Assembly (NCBI RefSeq): GCF_031769215.1
Contig: NW_026782057.1
Span: forward strand, 310,001 to 374,000
Length of the DNA: 64,000 nucleotides
Origin: Ylistrum balloti
Lineage: Eukaryota
Direction: 5' to 3'
Shown: positions 25,851-37,420 of the stretch, one piece after another
Numbering within the stretch: the first letter of the stretch is position 1
How the letters are laid out: each line of letters opens with the position of its first letter
Notes under the pieces: model-generated
Databases searched by the model: none
Seen by the model: only the letters and a program-made list of their open reading frames with translations
Told to the model about the DNA's origin: nothing
Program-made: the position numbers and the translations under genes

Positions 25851-26438
25851 TGAACAAAGTATCTTTGAAGTCTGTTCTTTAAAATAGACAGCAGCGTTGA
25901 TTTCATACTACATGGAAAAACATCGGTGAAAATAGCAGACATGTTTTCATATTACCCTCGATTTGGTTATCAAAGTAAAAATTAAATCAAACTCGGACTT
26001 CAACACCGGTCGATGTTTTTTCTTACCGTAGGTTGGTAAACTCAACCTATCACTGCATGTGAAATATTGCACGGCACGTGAAAGTAGAATGCTATATGTG
26101 AAATAGATATTGATAAATTTCTTTAAAAAAATTTTGTTCATTTAGTTATATGTTTATTCATAATGCAATATTAGTGATTTCCTATCAATTGCTTTTGTCT
26201 GATATTACATAAATTTTCAGAGGAATATATCCATTTGAATTGATTTAGGTACATTTCTGCCTCATCTAATAACCTAAATATTGGTGATATGACAAGTTAT
26301 AAAAAACAAAGGCAAAATCATACATTGTTCAAAAATATATTAATAACAAAAAAACAAAAAAAAAAATTATGTGCAAAAGTGGAGTTTAAGTGTTGTAACG
26401 CTCCGAAATTTGCAGTACCTACACTTAATGGGTACGTT

Positions 26439-27488
26439 TTAACCATACCCGAGTTCCAGAAACATTATTACTGTCACTATAAAAAATCCTACCATTAAAA
26501 AGATCACTTTCACTAATCTTATGTCACACGAACTGAATTCACGAGGAAGAACTTCAAAGAATGTTATATAAAGAAATGTTCCACAGGCTATACCCTGGAG
26601 AATGCCTTGCACAAATGTTGAAACTTCTGAATCCCACAGATCTATTATACCGATTCCAATCCCAATTCCAACTGGAGCAGATAATCCAAATATGAATAAA
26701 GATCTTATTATTGCAGGCTTAGAAAGTTTACTCTGAACCAGACTCATGCCCAAACTGAAGCTGAGAATTCCTTTATGTAGTAGAAGGGCTGTGAATATAT
26801 CCAGAACAGATTCTGTTTTCTTTTGAAGACCAACTGCTAGTCCTTCAAACAATGAGTGGATTGATATTGCAAGCAACAAAAGCACAGGTCTGAGACTGGA
26901 ATGTTGATGAAGATAAATTTTATGACTATCGTTGCTCTTTTCTCCGTCCAAAGCTTGAGACCTAGAAACTCGGTTGAGCTCGTCACTTGTGTCGGAGGTT
27001 GCATGGTTAGTTACGACGGACTTATTGAATCCGCTGTTTTCGACATGAATGTCTGTGGTTTCATTATTCAAAAGTGGTGTCTTGCTGTCATCGTAATGGC
27101 GATGATTCATTTGAATACGCTCTGATTTTCTTTCCTTTAGAATGAGAACTGTTTGTTCAATTGTTAGTACAGTAAAGAACCCCAATACCATAGAAAACTC
27201 CGCAACAGGAAATTCCGTTTTCAATTTTAGAGCATCCAGTGCCATTTCCAGATCTCTCCTGACACCGGGGAGAAGCTCCAACAGACATGTGGCTAAGAAA
27301 ACACCAGCTGGGAAACAACTCAGTATACTTAACGTCCGTTTGTAACAAATCTGTTTGTGGAAACTAACTCCTCGTGCACTTTGTGTCTTTATGCAACGAA
27401 TAATCAGTAACGGTAACAGTCCGAGAGCCAATGTAAACACAAACAGTAGAAATATCACCAGGATCTTCACAACTTTGATATCCACCAT
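26439..27488 (-). CDS. SLC39A: ZIP-family (SLC39 subfamily II, ZIP1/2/3-like) metal transporter, copy A; single coding exon; 349 aa
   Basis: Multiple TM segments, GVFLATCLLELLP, TM4 motif HSLFEGLAVG, TM5 LHKG, GTFLYITFFEVLP. The first ATG is at 27488; the ORF-track start at 27509 is a TTG. Confidence 0.95.
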   Translation of the reverse strand: MVDIKVVKILVIFLLFVFTLALGLLPLLIIRCIKTQSARGVSFHKQICYKRTLSILSCFPAGVFLATCLLELLPGVRRDLEMALDALKLKTEFPVAEFSMVLGFFTVLTIEQTVLILKERKSERIQMNHRHYDDSKTPLLNNETTDIHVENSGFNKSVVTNHATSDTSDELNRVSRSQALDGEKSNDSHKIYLHQHSSLRPVLLLLAISIHSLFEGLAVGLQKKTESVLDIFTALLLHKGILSFSLGMSLVQSKLSKPAIIRSLFIFGLSAPVGIGIGIGIIDLWDSEVSTFVQGILQGIACGTFLYITFFEVLPREFSSCDIRLVKVIFLMVGFFIVTVIMFLELGYG

Positions 27489-28695
27489 CTTGTCAGCTGG
27501 GTTAGTCAATACACATTATGGACTTTACAGCACAGGTGAGATTAAGTTAAATCGGACGGCGGCCCTGGTGCTTTAGGCTATAATGTACATCTGTCACCAT
27601 CCGAGAGCTAGTTTACAAAGACATCAATCCGGATGAAATCGAGAAAACTGAAATACAATGTAGTGTCATACAATATAATGCTTTGGGTATATTTTGTGTG
27701 TGCGTATATTATACGTTCATACGTAATAATAGTTACCTAGCTACATATGTATGTATGCAATATCCGTGTTCCAGAGTGACAACTACGAAATTTACTTGGT
27801 ATATACATACAGTTGTAATAAACTCAAATGTGTAGTTAATCTTTCACATTGCTAACAGGTTTTTTTTTCTCCAGAAAACAAATTCAAGAGCAGTCAATCA
27901 GCAATATGTAGAAAGAATGTTAATAAGAAGGATTTATTGGGCTATGCAGAGGTGTATCTGGTCGTTTTGTCAAATTAATCCCTTAAATGCCACGTCTTTC
28001 CTAAAACTTCTGTTTATATACATCAGCTCTACACAGGAGGACAGTATATAGTTAACAATATTTCCTGTTTAGGTTATGAACATATAAATGTAAAATTGTC
28101 TACATACACACATATTTTGTTGTAAACATCGTCACTGTCTGCACCGTTCAGGTATTAGCATTAGCTTTGCCATCGATCGTTTATGAAATGAAAAGTTCGT
28201 TCGTATGACAATTGTATGTGTGCGTAAAAAAGAACAGAACAAGACAATACCAACACATCAATATAATCAAACTCAAATTCAATAAAACTGGGGCAAAATA
28301 TGAACAAGAAAGATTTGCACGGAGGCTCCTGAAAAAGTACAAAGACCATATATCTCGGAAGAGTAAGCTTCGTGGACGACAGGGGTGCACGAACGAACAT
28401 CACGACATTTTTTTGGTTAATTTTTAGTCATTTGTTTGATGTGTGAATGGTTAGAATGTCATCTGCTATTGTAAATATACTTACAACATTTATCAAATAT
28501 TAAGGATGATTTGAGTGACGTTTGAAACGTTAACACTTTACCCAAGTCATCGTATTTAGAACAGAGACTTTTCAATAACTTTTTAAAATCGTTCGAATCT
28601 TAAGTCTTTATCTCTGTATGTTCGATTATTTCTGAATGAATAAACCATTAGACTCTGGCAAGTATCAATTTTCTTCTTTTTTTTAAGCAACTTCA

Positions 28696-31671
28696 TCACT
28701 CTTCCTCGCTGTCAAAAAGAATCGAGGGGTCATTTTCGATATCTTGCCAGAACGAGTTATCTGTGGAACCACATTGGATGTCATGCTTCACACCATACCG
28801 CTCTACTCTGAGACCGTCCTTAAGATTTTTTCTGTTTCTTGGCTCAATCCTGATAGCGTTTCTCGAAGCTATGGTGGCGTCTTCTGCGAAATAATTGAAA
28901 GGAAGGAGGAGGAATCCTACATCCATTCCTGGAGTTGGTGTGACCGGAAGGTCCTCGGTGTGGGGAATGTGATGCATTCCTAGTGTCAGCCACGCCACAA
29001 GATCCTGAGGATGCAGAGAAATTAAGATTAGATACTCTCCTTTCTAGAAGTGTAAAGAACGCAGATATCTGCTTCAATATCAAATATAATAATAATGAAA
29101 TTATTTGTTCACGAGATCTACGAGACATAACATTTTATGTCATTTTTGGGAAAAAATGTGATCGCAGTACCAGGTATTCTCTAAAGAAACATTTACTTTA
29201 AAAGCTTGTATGATATATTCCTTAAATAACATGGAAATACACGAACAATATATTGATCAATGGATTTATGATATATCTACACGGTAAGAGTCGACAAAGC
29301 TTGCATGTTGATTTTTTATACCTAATTGATAAACAAGATCGAATTATTGATATCCCATCACTCATTCTTTATTAAATGATAAAAGCAGTTGTTGTAAGGG
29401 ATCAGGGAAGGAAGCCCGCGGTGTAAATGTACAACACTAACCTATCTAAAAATAAAAACGAGCGACAAGGGATAGCGTTGTTTTCGGGTGTATCATTCTA
29501 TACTATCTGGTATGTCCGCAAAGAAATTCTACTTTTAGTTATAAGACAGTTTTATGTTACAGATTTGACATGAATAAATAGATAACAAAAGTACTAACCT
29601 CGTCCAATATGGATTCGTTGTCGTCTAGAAAGTCTTGGAACCTTACAACTGGGTTTGAAGCGTCCAGAGAAGCATACTGCGAGCTGCTGAATGTCTCCGT
29701 TTCCTTCCGCCGTGTCACCGCCATCTGATATCGCGACCAAGACATAGAAGGTTCATTATCATATCCTTCCGCCAGCAATGACTTTGTCATTCCTCGTGGT
29801 AACACACGATACGATCTGTGTACGCCATATTTATTTGTTGATCTATTATTATAAAACGTAAGATATTTTGGTGAATTAAAATCAAACTTGTAGGCAGCGC
29901 TCATTTCATCTGGTTTCACGTTATGACTGAATTTGGTTTGATGATATTTTTGTCCACCGACCTTACCCCAAGTATTGTCTACAGTGTCTGGTTCAATATC
30001 AAGAGTTGCGAAGCGATTACTCGTACCCATAACATCAAGATCGACTTTGAAATGTATCAGGTGATGGTGAAGATTTCCGGTAATAAAGTCGTGTAGGCGA
30101 TATCCATACGGGTTCTCTTCCGGTCTGTAATAACTAGTTGAAATAAAACCTGTAGAAAGAACACGTACTTGGAAAGCACCATTTTGGAAAAAGCGGAAAT
30201 CAATTACGTAATCGTAATTCATGACAGTGAGGATGGTCCTAAATACGAGAATAATGCTCTCCATTCCTTCGTAAGAGGTCTGGCTAAGAGGTTCGTAATT
30301 AAAATGTCGGCGATGCGGGTCGCCTGTATTCAGTTCAAATATGCAGAACACATTTCGCGTGGTGAACTGCTCATTGAATGTCTCTGTGAGGAAAGAAGCA
30401 TCGATAAATGTCGCGTGAAACGGACAATCTACCCCAGGCACGAGAGGACTAGCCTTCGGGCCAATGAGATCAAAAGAATCGAAAAAGTCAGCAAACATTT
30501 GAGCTGGGTTGTTAGCTGAATAGAGCACACATAACTCCTGTAAGCCAATCTCATATATAATTCGTTGACCATCGTATCGGATATCGTAGAGTTGTGGTCC
30601 ATGCGCACTAGACATTCGGAAGTCGAATCTCCATCGCATATAAGTCACGTGATTATAATGTACACTGTATCGCTTTCCGTCTGGTTCAACCTGTGTAGGG
30701 TTTTGGCGAGGCTCCTTCCAGAACGGTCTCCCGCGTCTTTCTGCCTTCGAAAACGAGTCGTCATGATCTGGGTCAGGCCATGGTAATGCCGTCCTGTTCA
30801 GTAAAACGCGAGATTTGAAGTCCTCTATCCCGTCATAAGTTATACCCCTGAACCAAAGGTTTTCAATAGTGAAGTCAGAGTTTTCGTTATTGATCAAAAC
30901 AGCAAAATCTAAATTGTTTAACAAATAGTTTTCTTTGTTCCGACTCAACCACAACCAAAATTTCCGACTTTGCTCGCCGCTGACAGAGGGTGACATGAAG
31001 GACACGTAGAACAGAATGAGACATTCGGAGCCACAATCTTTGAAGGTCCCGCCGTAAATCGCACGTAAGTAAGCGGAAAGATTTGTGTCAAGTAGATCCT
31101 GCGCATATTCAACAGACTTTGTGTATTCTAGTTCGCTCATAGGTCGTAGCATGAAAGGAATTGATGATGGTCGCCCAGGAACTGGTTTCATGTACGTAGG
31201 ATTTGGAAGAGGCCCAACAATTCTTTCGATGACGTCAGGTGGGTTTTCTGCACCTCGAAATATAGTTACAACTGCCTCCCTAGACGGCTGTTTTCCATCG
31301 CCATCTAAATGTCTTAACACATCGTCTTTGTTAGGTAGGTACAGCTCGGCTAGGTAGCGGTAGTTGGTGTGTACTGTGTTGAAGGGAGGTCTGGTAATGT
31401 TGAGGGATCCCTCTTGTGTCAAGTAAGACAAAAGGCCACGGATCTCAGTGGCTGTCAAGTCATGAAACACAGACGGCTCAGACGGCTCGCCAAGGTAGAC
31501 AGTACCATGCTGTTCATATAACGGTTGGGGTGCATGTTCGGATTCCGTGGTCTCCAGCGTCATGTACACGATCATTGCCAGGAATGCAAATGACGTCATC
31601 AATAGGAACAAGGCTAAACAGCGCCATTGTTGTTCTCGCTTCGTTTCTTCTTTAACTATGTGTAATACCAT
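28696..31671 (-). CDS. AOC: Copper-containing amine oxidase, copy B; coding exons 31671-29599 and 29004-28696; 793 aa
   Basis: Same motifs as copy A (FFD, VMNYDY, LHHH, MHHIPH). Donor GAG|GTTAGT at 29598 and acceptor CCTCAG|GAT at 29005, the same intron position as in copy A. TTTCAG acceptor 4 nt upstream of the ATG. Tandem TGA TGA stop. Confidence 0.96.
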
Positions 31672-32544
31672 TTCACTGAAATAAGAAAACTCTTCATTTG
31701 ACTATAATTACACCAAATTGAATTACATTGTAAACTAGACACCAATGCCCTGGGAGAAATGGACATTTTCTAACTGACCAATGCTTTTCTATCGTTTAAT
31801 TCGAAACCGCAGTTAGCCCAACAGCAAATTTCCTCGATGTTTTTTGTAATGATATAGATCGTACCCAGTTGAATCCGGTATGAATCCTTGTCTAACACAA
31901 CCATTGGGACCATTAAACTGTTCAATTTTCTTTTGATCATTCATTGACTGAAAATTTTATGAAAAGAATTGTTTGCTAAAATTATACACATGTCTGATTT
32001 GGGATAATTTTTTTCTCGTTCTAGTAATACTTTGTACTGTCGATGGTGTATGTCGATAGTGTCATTCAGATACGTGTAAAATCGATCATTTATGATAAAA
32101 ACTTCACCTTTATTGTCTGTGATATCAGTATTCCTAGCGCCTTATGTCGACTGTGGGTCTAACAATGCTTATATTTATTTTATTATAAAATAACAGTAAT
32201 CAAGGGAGATAACTACAACGTATAACAGCAATTGTGCAGAGGGAGAAATGATTAATTTTGCTATAGCTCACAACACATTCCTAACTTCCTGTATAAGTGG
32301 TATATTGAAAAACTTATAGAAACAAATAAAACTATAAATTGTTTTGGACTGTAATTAAAGGCAATGCCTGCAATACATTGACACTGTATGAAATGAAAAA
32401 ACAAAAGTAATCATCAATAGTAAGAGATCAAAGTACTGAATGTACTGTCTTCCAAAATAATTCTGTATAACGTTAATTTTGAACTGTACAGAAAAAAACA
32501 GAAGTTTTTGGAAAACATTATTCATTGTTATCAAAAGTAGGTGT

Positions 32545-34560
32545 CAACAAGAATACGGGAGGTAAATCAATTTTACAATTTTTTGCCTCTAAAAACACAA
32601 ATTTAAATTCTTAGGAATTTTTTACATGATTGATGCCTGTGACTTTGAAAGTGGGTCAAGGTTATTCATATTAACAAACTTAACAGACAAATACTTTACA
32701 GTATATGTGTGAATTATCGAACCTCTAGGCCTTTCCAAACTTGAGAAGAAGAAGTTTCTGGTAGTTTTGGACCCTAAATTGCACTTTTGAACTTTGCCCC
32801 TAAGGAAAATCGTAAGTTACACTTTTGTGGAAGTTTTGCATATACCAATCAGATGCAAGTCTCCACAGAATGTTGTTGACCAAACTATGTATTGTTTTCC
32901 TCTAGTTAGAACGCGTCAGTTACTAATATAAATACAATTAACACTCGTTACCTTGAAAATAGGTCAAGGTCATTCGTATTAACAACAATAATAGACAATG
33001 ATATTACCTTCATCGATATCAGATATCAAGTATCTAGGTCCTTTCAAACTTGAGAAGGCGTTTCGTAATATTTGTACCCTACATAGATCATTTGATTGAA
33101 GATGGTTCCTGTAGGTGTGGTGCTAATCTTGAAGATGCTGCTCGTTTTTTTCTTTCAATGTCCTCTTTACTCGAATATTAGACATCACATTTACTCTGTA
33201 TATAATTTACTAGGATTTGTTAACCTTAATGTTTTACTATTTGGCAACATTGGGATATCGGATGAACTAAATCGTGAAGTACTTTTCCACACCAGCTCAT
33301 ACTTAAAAAAGTCAAAAAGTTTTTCAAATTTATAAAATTTAAGTAGTTTTATACTCATAGGCAAGTTCTAATGTCTATATTATTATAATTATTCTTTATT
33401 TATTTATTTATTTTTTTGATTGTGTGTTATGGTATGTGTGGGCAATACAGCTGTGTGTGTGAGTGCTTTTCCTCCTCTCTTCCTTAATACATGTAATTAT
33501 TATACCTCAAAACTATTACCTACTTTAATCAATCCATATTATAAAACATATAATAATACCGGTTATCTTATGGGGCAAAACTTATACAGGCTTAGCCTGT
33601 TGTTTGATCCCAATTGTTATTGCATTCATTTGTAATGTTGTATGTGTGTGTTAAATGTATGCATTAACAATATAAAATATTTTTGAAATACCCTACATTT
33701 TGAACTTTGACCCCTATGGAAAACCGGAAGTTGGCCTTTTGTGGAAGTTTTCGATTAATCCAGTCAAATGCAAGTCTCTACAGGAGGTTGTTAGTCAAAA
33801 CATGTAACTATTTTACTCTTAAAAGGTAAGAAAACGTCATTTAATGATATTAATATAATTGACCCTTGCGACCTTGAAAGTAGGTCGAGGTCATTCATAT
33901 TAACAATTAACCTTAACATTATGTGTGTGAAATATCGAACGTATTGACCTTTCCAAACTTGAGATGAAGTTTCCGGAAGTTTGGTACCCTAAAGTGCACT
34001 TTTGAACTTTGCACAAAAATGTCCTATAAAAAGTGCCATTTATTTTCAATTCTGCCTAACATATCCAAAGATGATTTTAAAATGTTATGTCATTATTGAG
34101 GGCCAAATTCAAAATGGCATCGCGGCGGCCTTTTTTTATACGAAGTTGAAAATCATGTCAGAATTTAGAGGGCACGTTACCAAACCTATTCAATAACCAT
34201 AAAACTAAATTTCATCATAGGATCTTGGAGTAATTTTAGATCAAACTTTTTGTCTGCACTTTACATTGAACTACCGGAATTTATAAAAATGACGCAAAAC
34301 GTAAAAAATGTAGACGCTAAAATGATCGGATTTACATTCTGCATTGAACTGTGGAAAAACGAAAAAAAAAACCAGTTATCGAGTTATTGATGTTTTCAGA
34401 ATTTCTGGTAACTGGGTCATGGCGGCCATATAGGATTTTTGACCTACTTAAAAATGCGGCATTAACAAGTTCATATGTACTTACATGGCATACTATATAG
34501 GTTGTGTGCCTATCACTTACCGTTACCTACAAATTCGGAAGAAGAATAATAATAAGAAAT
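32545..34560 (-). mobile_element. Degenerate HINE-type element(s) with diverged satellite monomers, interrupted by a LINE
   Basis: AACAAGA end motif near 32547. Monomers containing GACCTTGAAAGTGGGTCAAGGTCATTCATATTAAC near 32640, 32950 and 33870. Confidence 0.65.
33085..33688 (+). mobile_element. 5'-truncated CR1-type LINE with a 10-bp TSD
   Basis: Encodes a LINE ORF2 end (FFFQCPLYSNIRH...NVLLFG...KKSK) plus 3'UTR. TACCCTACAT repeats at 33075-33084 and 33689-33698. Confidence 0.85.
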
Positions 34561-34851
34561 GTAACGAAACAATAGCCCTAAAAACAGACGAAAATAAAAA
34601 TTAAAAAAGAACCACACACACACAGACGGGTATCTTGTTACATGAAATAATGATCGCGTTTAAACAAGACAATTAACGTTAGAACGAAATACAAGGTTAC
34701 GAACGAGATATCGCACGCGTTTTAACGAGATAACTAACTCTTTTTAACTACTTTTTTTCAAATGACACTAATAGACGTTCTTATGTCCCTCCGTGAGTGA
34801 TCACAAATTATTCAAACAATAATATATATGTAAATAGAAACGAAATGTAAT

Positions 34852-35282
34852 ACTGGTAATTAAACATCGACATATCAATCGTTAAACCATCGACCTATCA
34901 ATCGTTAAACCATCGGCATATCAATCGTTAAACCATCGACATATCAATCGTTAAACCACTAACTTAGATCTGGTAATTAAACATCGACATATCAATTGTT
35001 AAACCACTAACTTAGATCTGGTAATTAAACATCGTCATATCTATCGTTAAACCACTAATTTAGACCTGGTAATTAAACATCGTCATGTCTATCGTTAAAC
35101 CACCGACATATCAATCGTTAAACCACTAACTTAGATCTGGTAATTAAACATCGTCATATCTATCGTTAAACCACTAATTTAGACCTGGTAATTAAACATC
35201 GTCATGTCTATCGTTAAACCACTAACTTAGATCTGGTAATTAAACATCGTCATATCAATCGTTAAACCACTAATTTAGATCT
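34852..35282. repeat. Composite minisatellite of 23-bp and 48-bp units
   Basis: CATCGACATATCAATCGTTAAAC has a 23-bp period (34865, 34888...). CTGGTAATTAAACATCG...CACTAACTTAGAT has a 48-bp period (34970, 35018...). Confidence 0.93.
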
Positions 35283-36620
35283 ATTTCTATATCCGTGATC
35301 AAATCATAGACATATCTGCGCACACTCGGTCATGCATACGCCCCTCGTACACATACATGTATGCAAGTGATAAAAAAAATTGTTACTTACTTGAAGTAAA
35401 TTGAATCAGAACAATGTGATACTTGAGCGGTATACCAGTATGTGACAAACTTCGTCGCTATGCTAACATCTTAAATACAGTACGTATTGAACTGGTGTGC
35501 TCTTTTTCTCTCACCTTTTCAAAACAAAGAATTTGCACAAACACTGGGAAACCATGAAAGTGTCATTATAGTGAAGTAAACATAGAACGCCACAGTTAAC
35601 TCAACATTGATCTGTTCTCAATGGTGTGTTCTCCTTTCTCCCACTTTTTAAAAAAAACATACAGGCAGTTTTGTGATGATAGCAGTTATAGTCTGTATCA
35701 TACATATCTTACCTGGTTTTTTACCTGTGTTCTCCCACATTACCTGTGTCCACATTAGTAGTGAGTAAATAGTCAACAATTATCACTAATCATTTTTATT
35801 CTATGTCGGATAACAATTAAAAGTGAATATATTTCATAACCTTAATGTTGTATATGTATTTAATTTTATATTTTCATTTCCAGCCTTCGCATGTTCATCA
35901 TAGTGCTGTTATATTAGTATATCATGTTGCATATGTAATTAATTCTGCCATGCATTGCTACCATAGTTTAGTTCTATAGTCTATGTATATTACATCCATG
36001 TAATTGTTTAATAAAAAATAAGTAAATTTGTTAAATATTTAGTTAGTAAAAGTAAACATTTTAATTAATATACATCGTGTTTTCTTTATGATATGATAAT
36101 GGAAATCTTGATTATATTTTTACTAATAATTCCAATTACTATTTTTTTTAATAAGGAAAATGCACTTGTTAAATATTACTTTACTTACACAGTATTGCCC
36201 ATTGGTGAACAGGTAAATACAGATAATTAATTTACCTGTACTACAAAGGTACTATAGTAGAACAGATTATAATGAGACCTCTATTGTTTTCCTATGTTTC
36301 TATAATTCCTTTGATCTGGAAAAAAGTTTGAGAAAGGGGAACAAACCGTTCTCAACTGACATAAGTGTAGACCGTTTCTATATTTCCGCCCATTGTCCTA
36401 ATTAACTGTAGCTCAAGGATGTCAGTGCTAATTACAATTCAGTCCGTAATCACACCTGTATGACACCTGCATTTACTCAACATCGGTAATCCTTTCATAG
36501 TATTAATTAATTCACTTAATCCTTACAACTCATTAGTAAAACGGTTAACTACATAAGTGTACATGTACAATATCAGGTTATTATAACATACAAAATATCC
36601 AGATGTCATATTGAAATAAA

Positions 36621-37420
36621 GACGAGAAGAAAAAAAGACGGACCGGCGGACAGTTGAGTACACATAAGGGTACAAGAGTATAATAGAAGGACGAGAGGAT
36701 AGCAAAAAGATGCATGATGATTAAACAACACACATTATTCTTGAATGTTGAACGTAGTTATAAAATTTATTGAAAACATTTGCCTAGATAACAAAGTGTT
36801 TCCCCATTAAGTACTCCTAGTATTTGTAAGAGGTTATAAGATTGCGGACGGCTTCAATGATAGCTTTTGGTCAATTTTTATAATTTGTACACATAGGACA
36901 AAAAAAATAAAACAGATCTCGTCTTCTACTATATAGTCTAGTTACAATGAAATCCTATGTCCACTTGGAATAGTTTGATATCTACTTCCTTCTAAACGCA
37001 GCTGACGAGAACACAATCGAAATTTAGATATAAGTCGAATATAATTAATTATCTAGATTTTGATAAAAAGTGTAAAGTTTTTGACAAGTTTTCAACATAC
37101 TCGTTCCGTAACTGAATAAAATTATCGACAAGGCTCTGTTTGAAAAAAAAAACGTAAAAAAGATCGTTATTAATTATATAACCAAACTTCCCCCAAACCA
37201 GTTAACAGTAGTAAGTTTTAAACCTGCCACCACCAGTTACTATTTCGGTGTTTACGTTCGAACCTATCTTCATACGCTGACTTCAATATACAATTATCAG
37301 TCTTACTTTAGCCAGTATCTAATTATTCGGTACTTCCGGTTCATATCCAGAGGCAAACGACCTAGTTCAGAGTATAGCATAGAAAATATGTACTCTTATT
37401 AAAATTCAAGTCTTTTTTTC
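36621..37420 (-). promoter_or_regulatory. Non-coding block paralogous to 14392-15120; candidate first exon/promoter of AOC copy B
   Basis: Collinear similarity to the block upstream of AOC-A. Carries an extra 149 bp (37202-37350). Confidence 0.5.

Noticed and set aside
27489-27509. 7-aa N-terminal extension of ZIP-A (MTNPADK)
   Set aside because: The start codon is TTG; the ATG at 27488 aligns with the ZIP-B start in the same GACAAGATGGT context.
28382-28388. Metal-response elements (TGCRCNC) near ZIP/AOC genes, also ~35317 and ~44403
   Set aside because: Isolated 7-mers at about chance frequency, not clustered or shared between paralogs.
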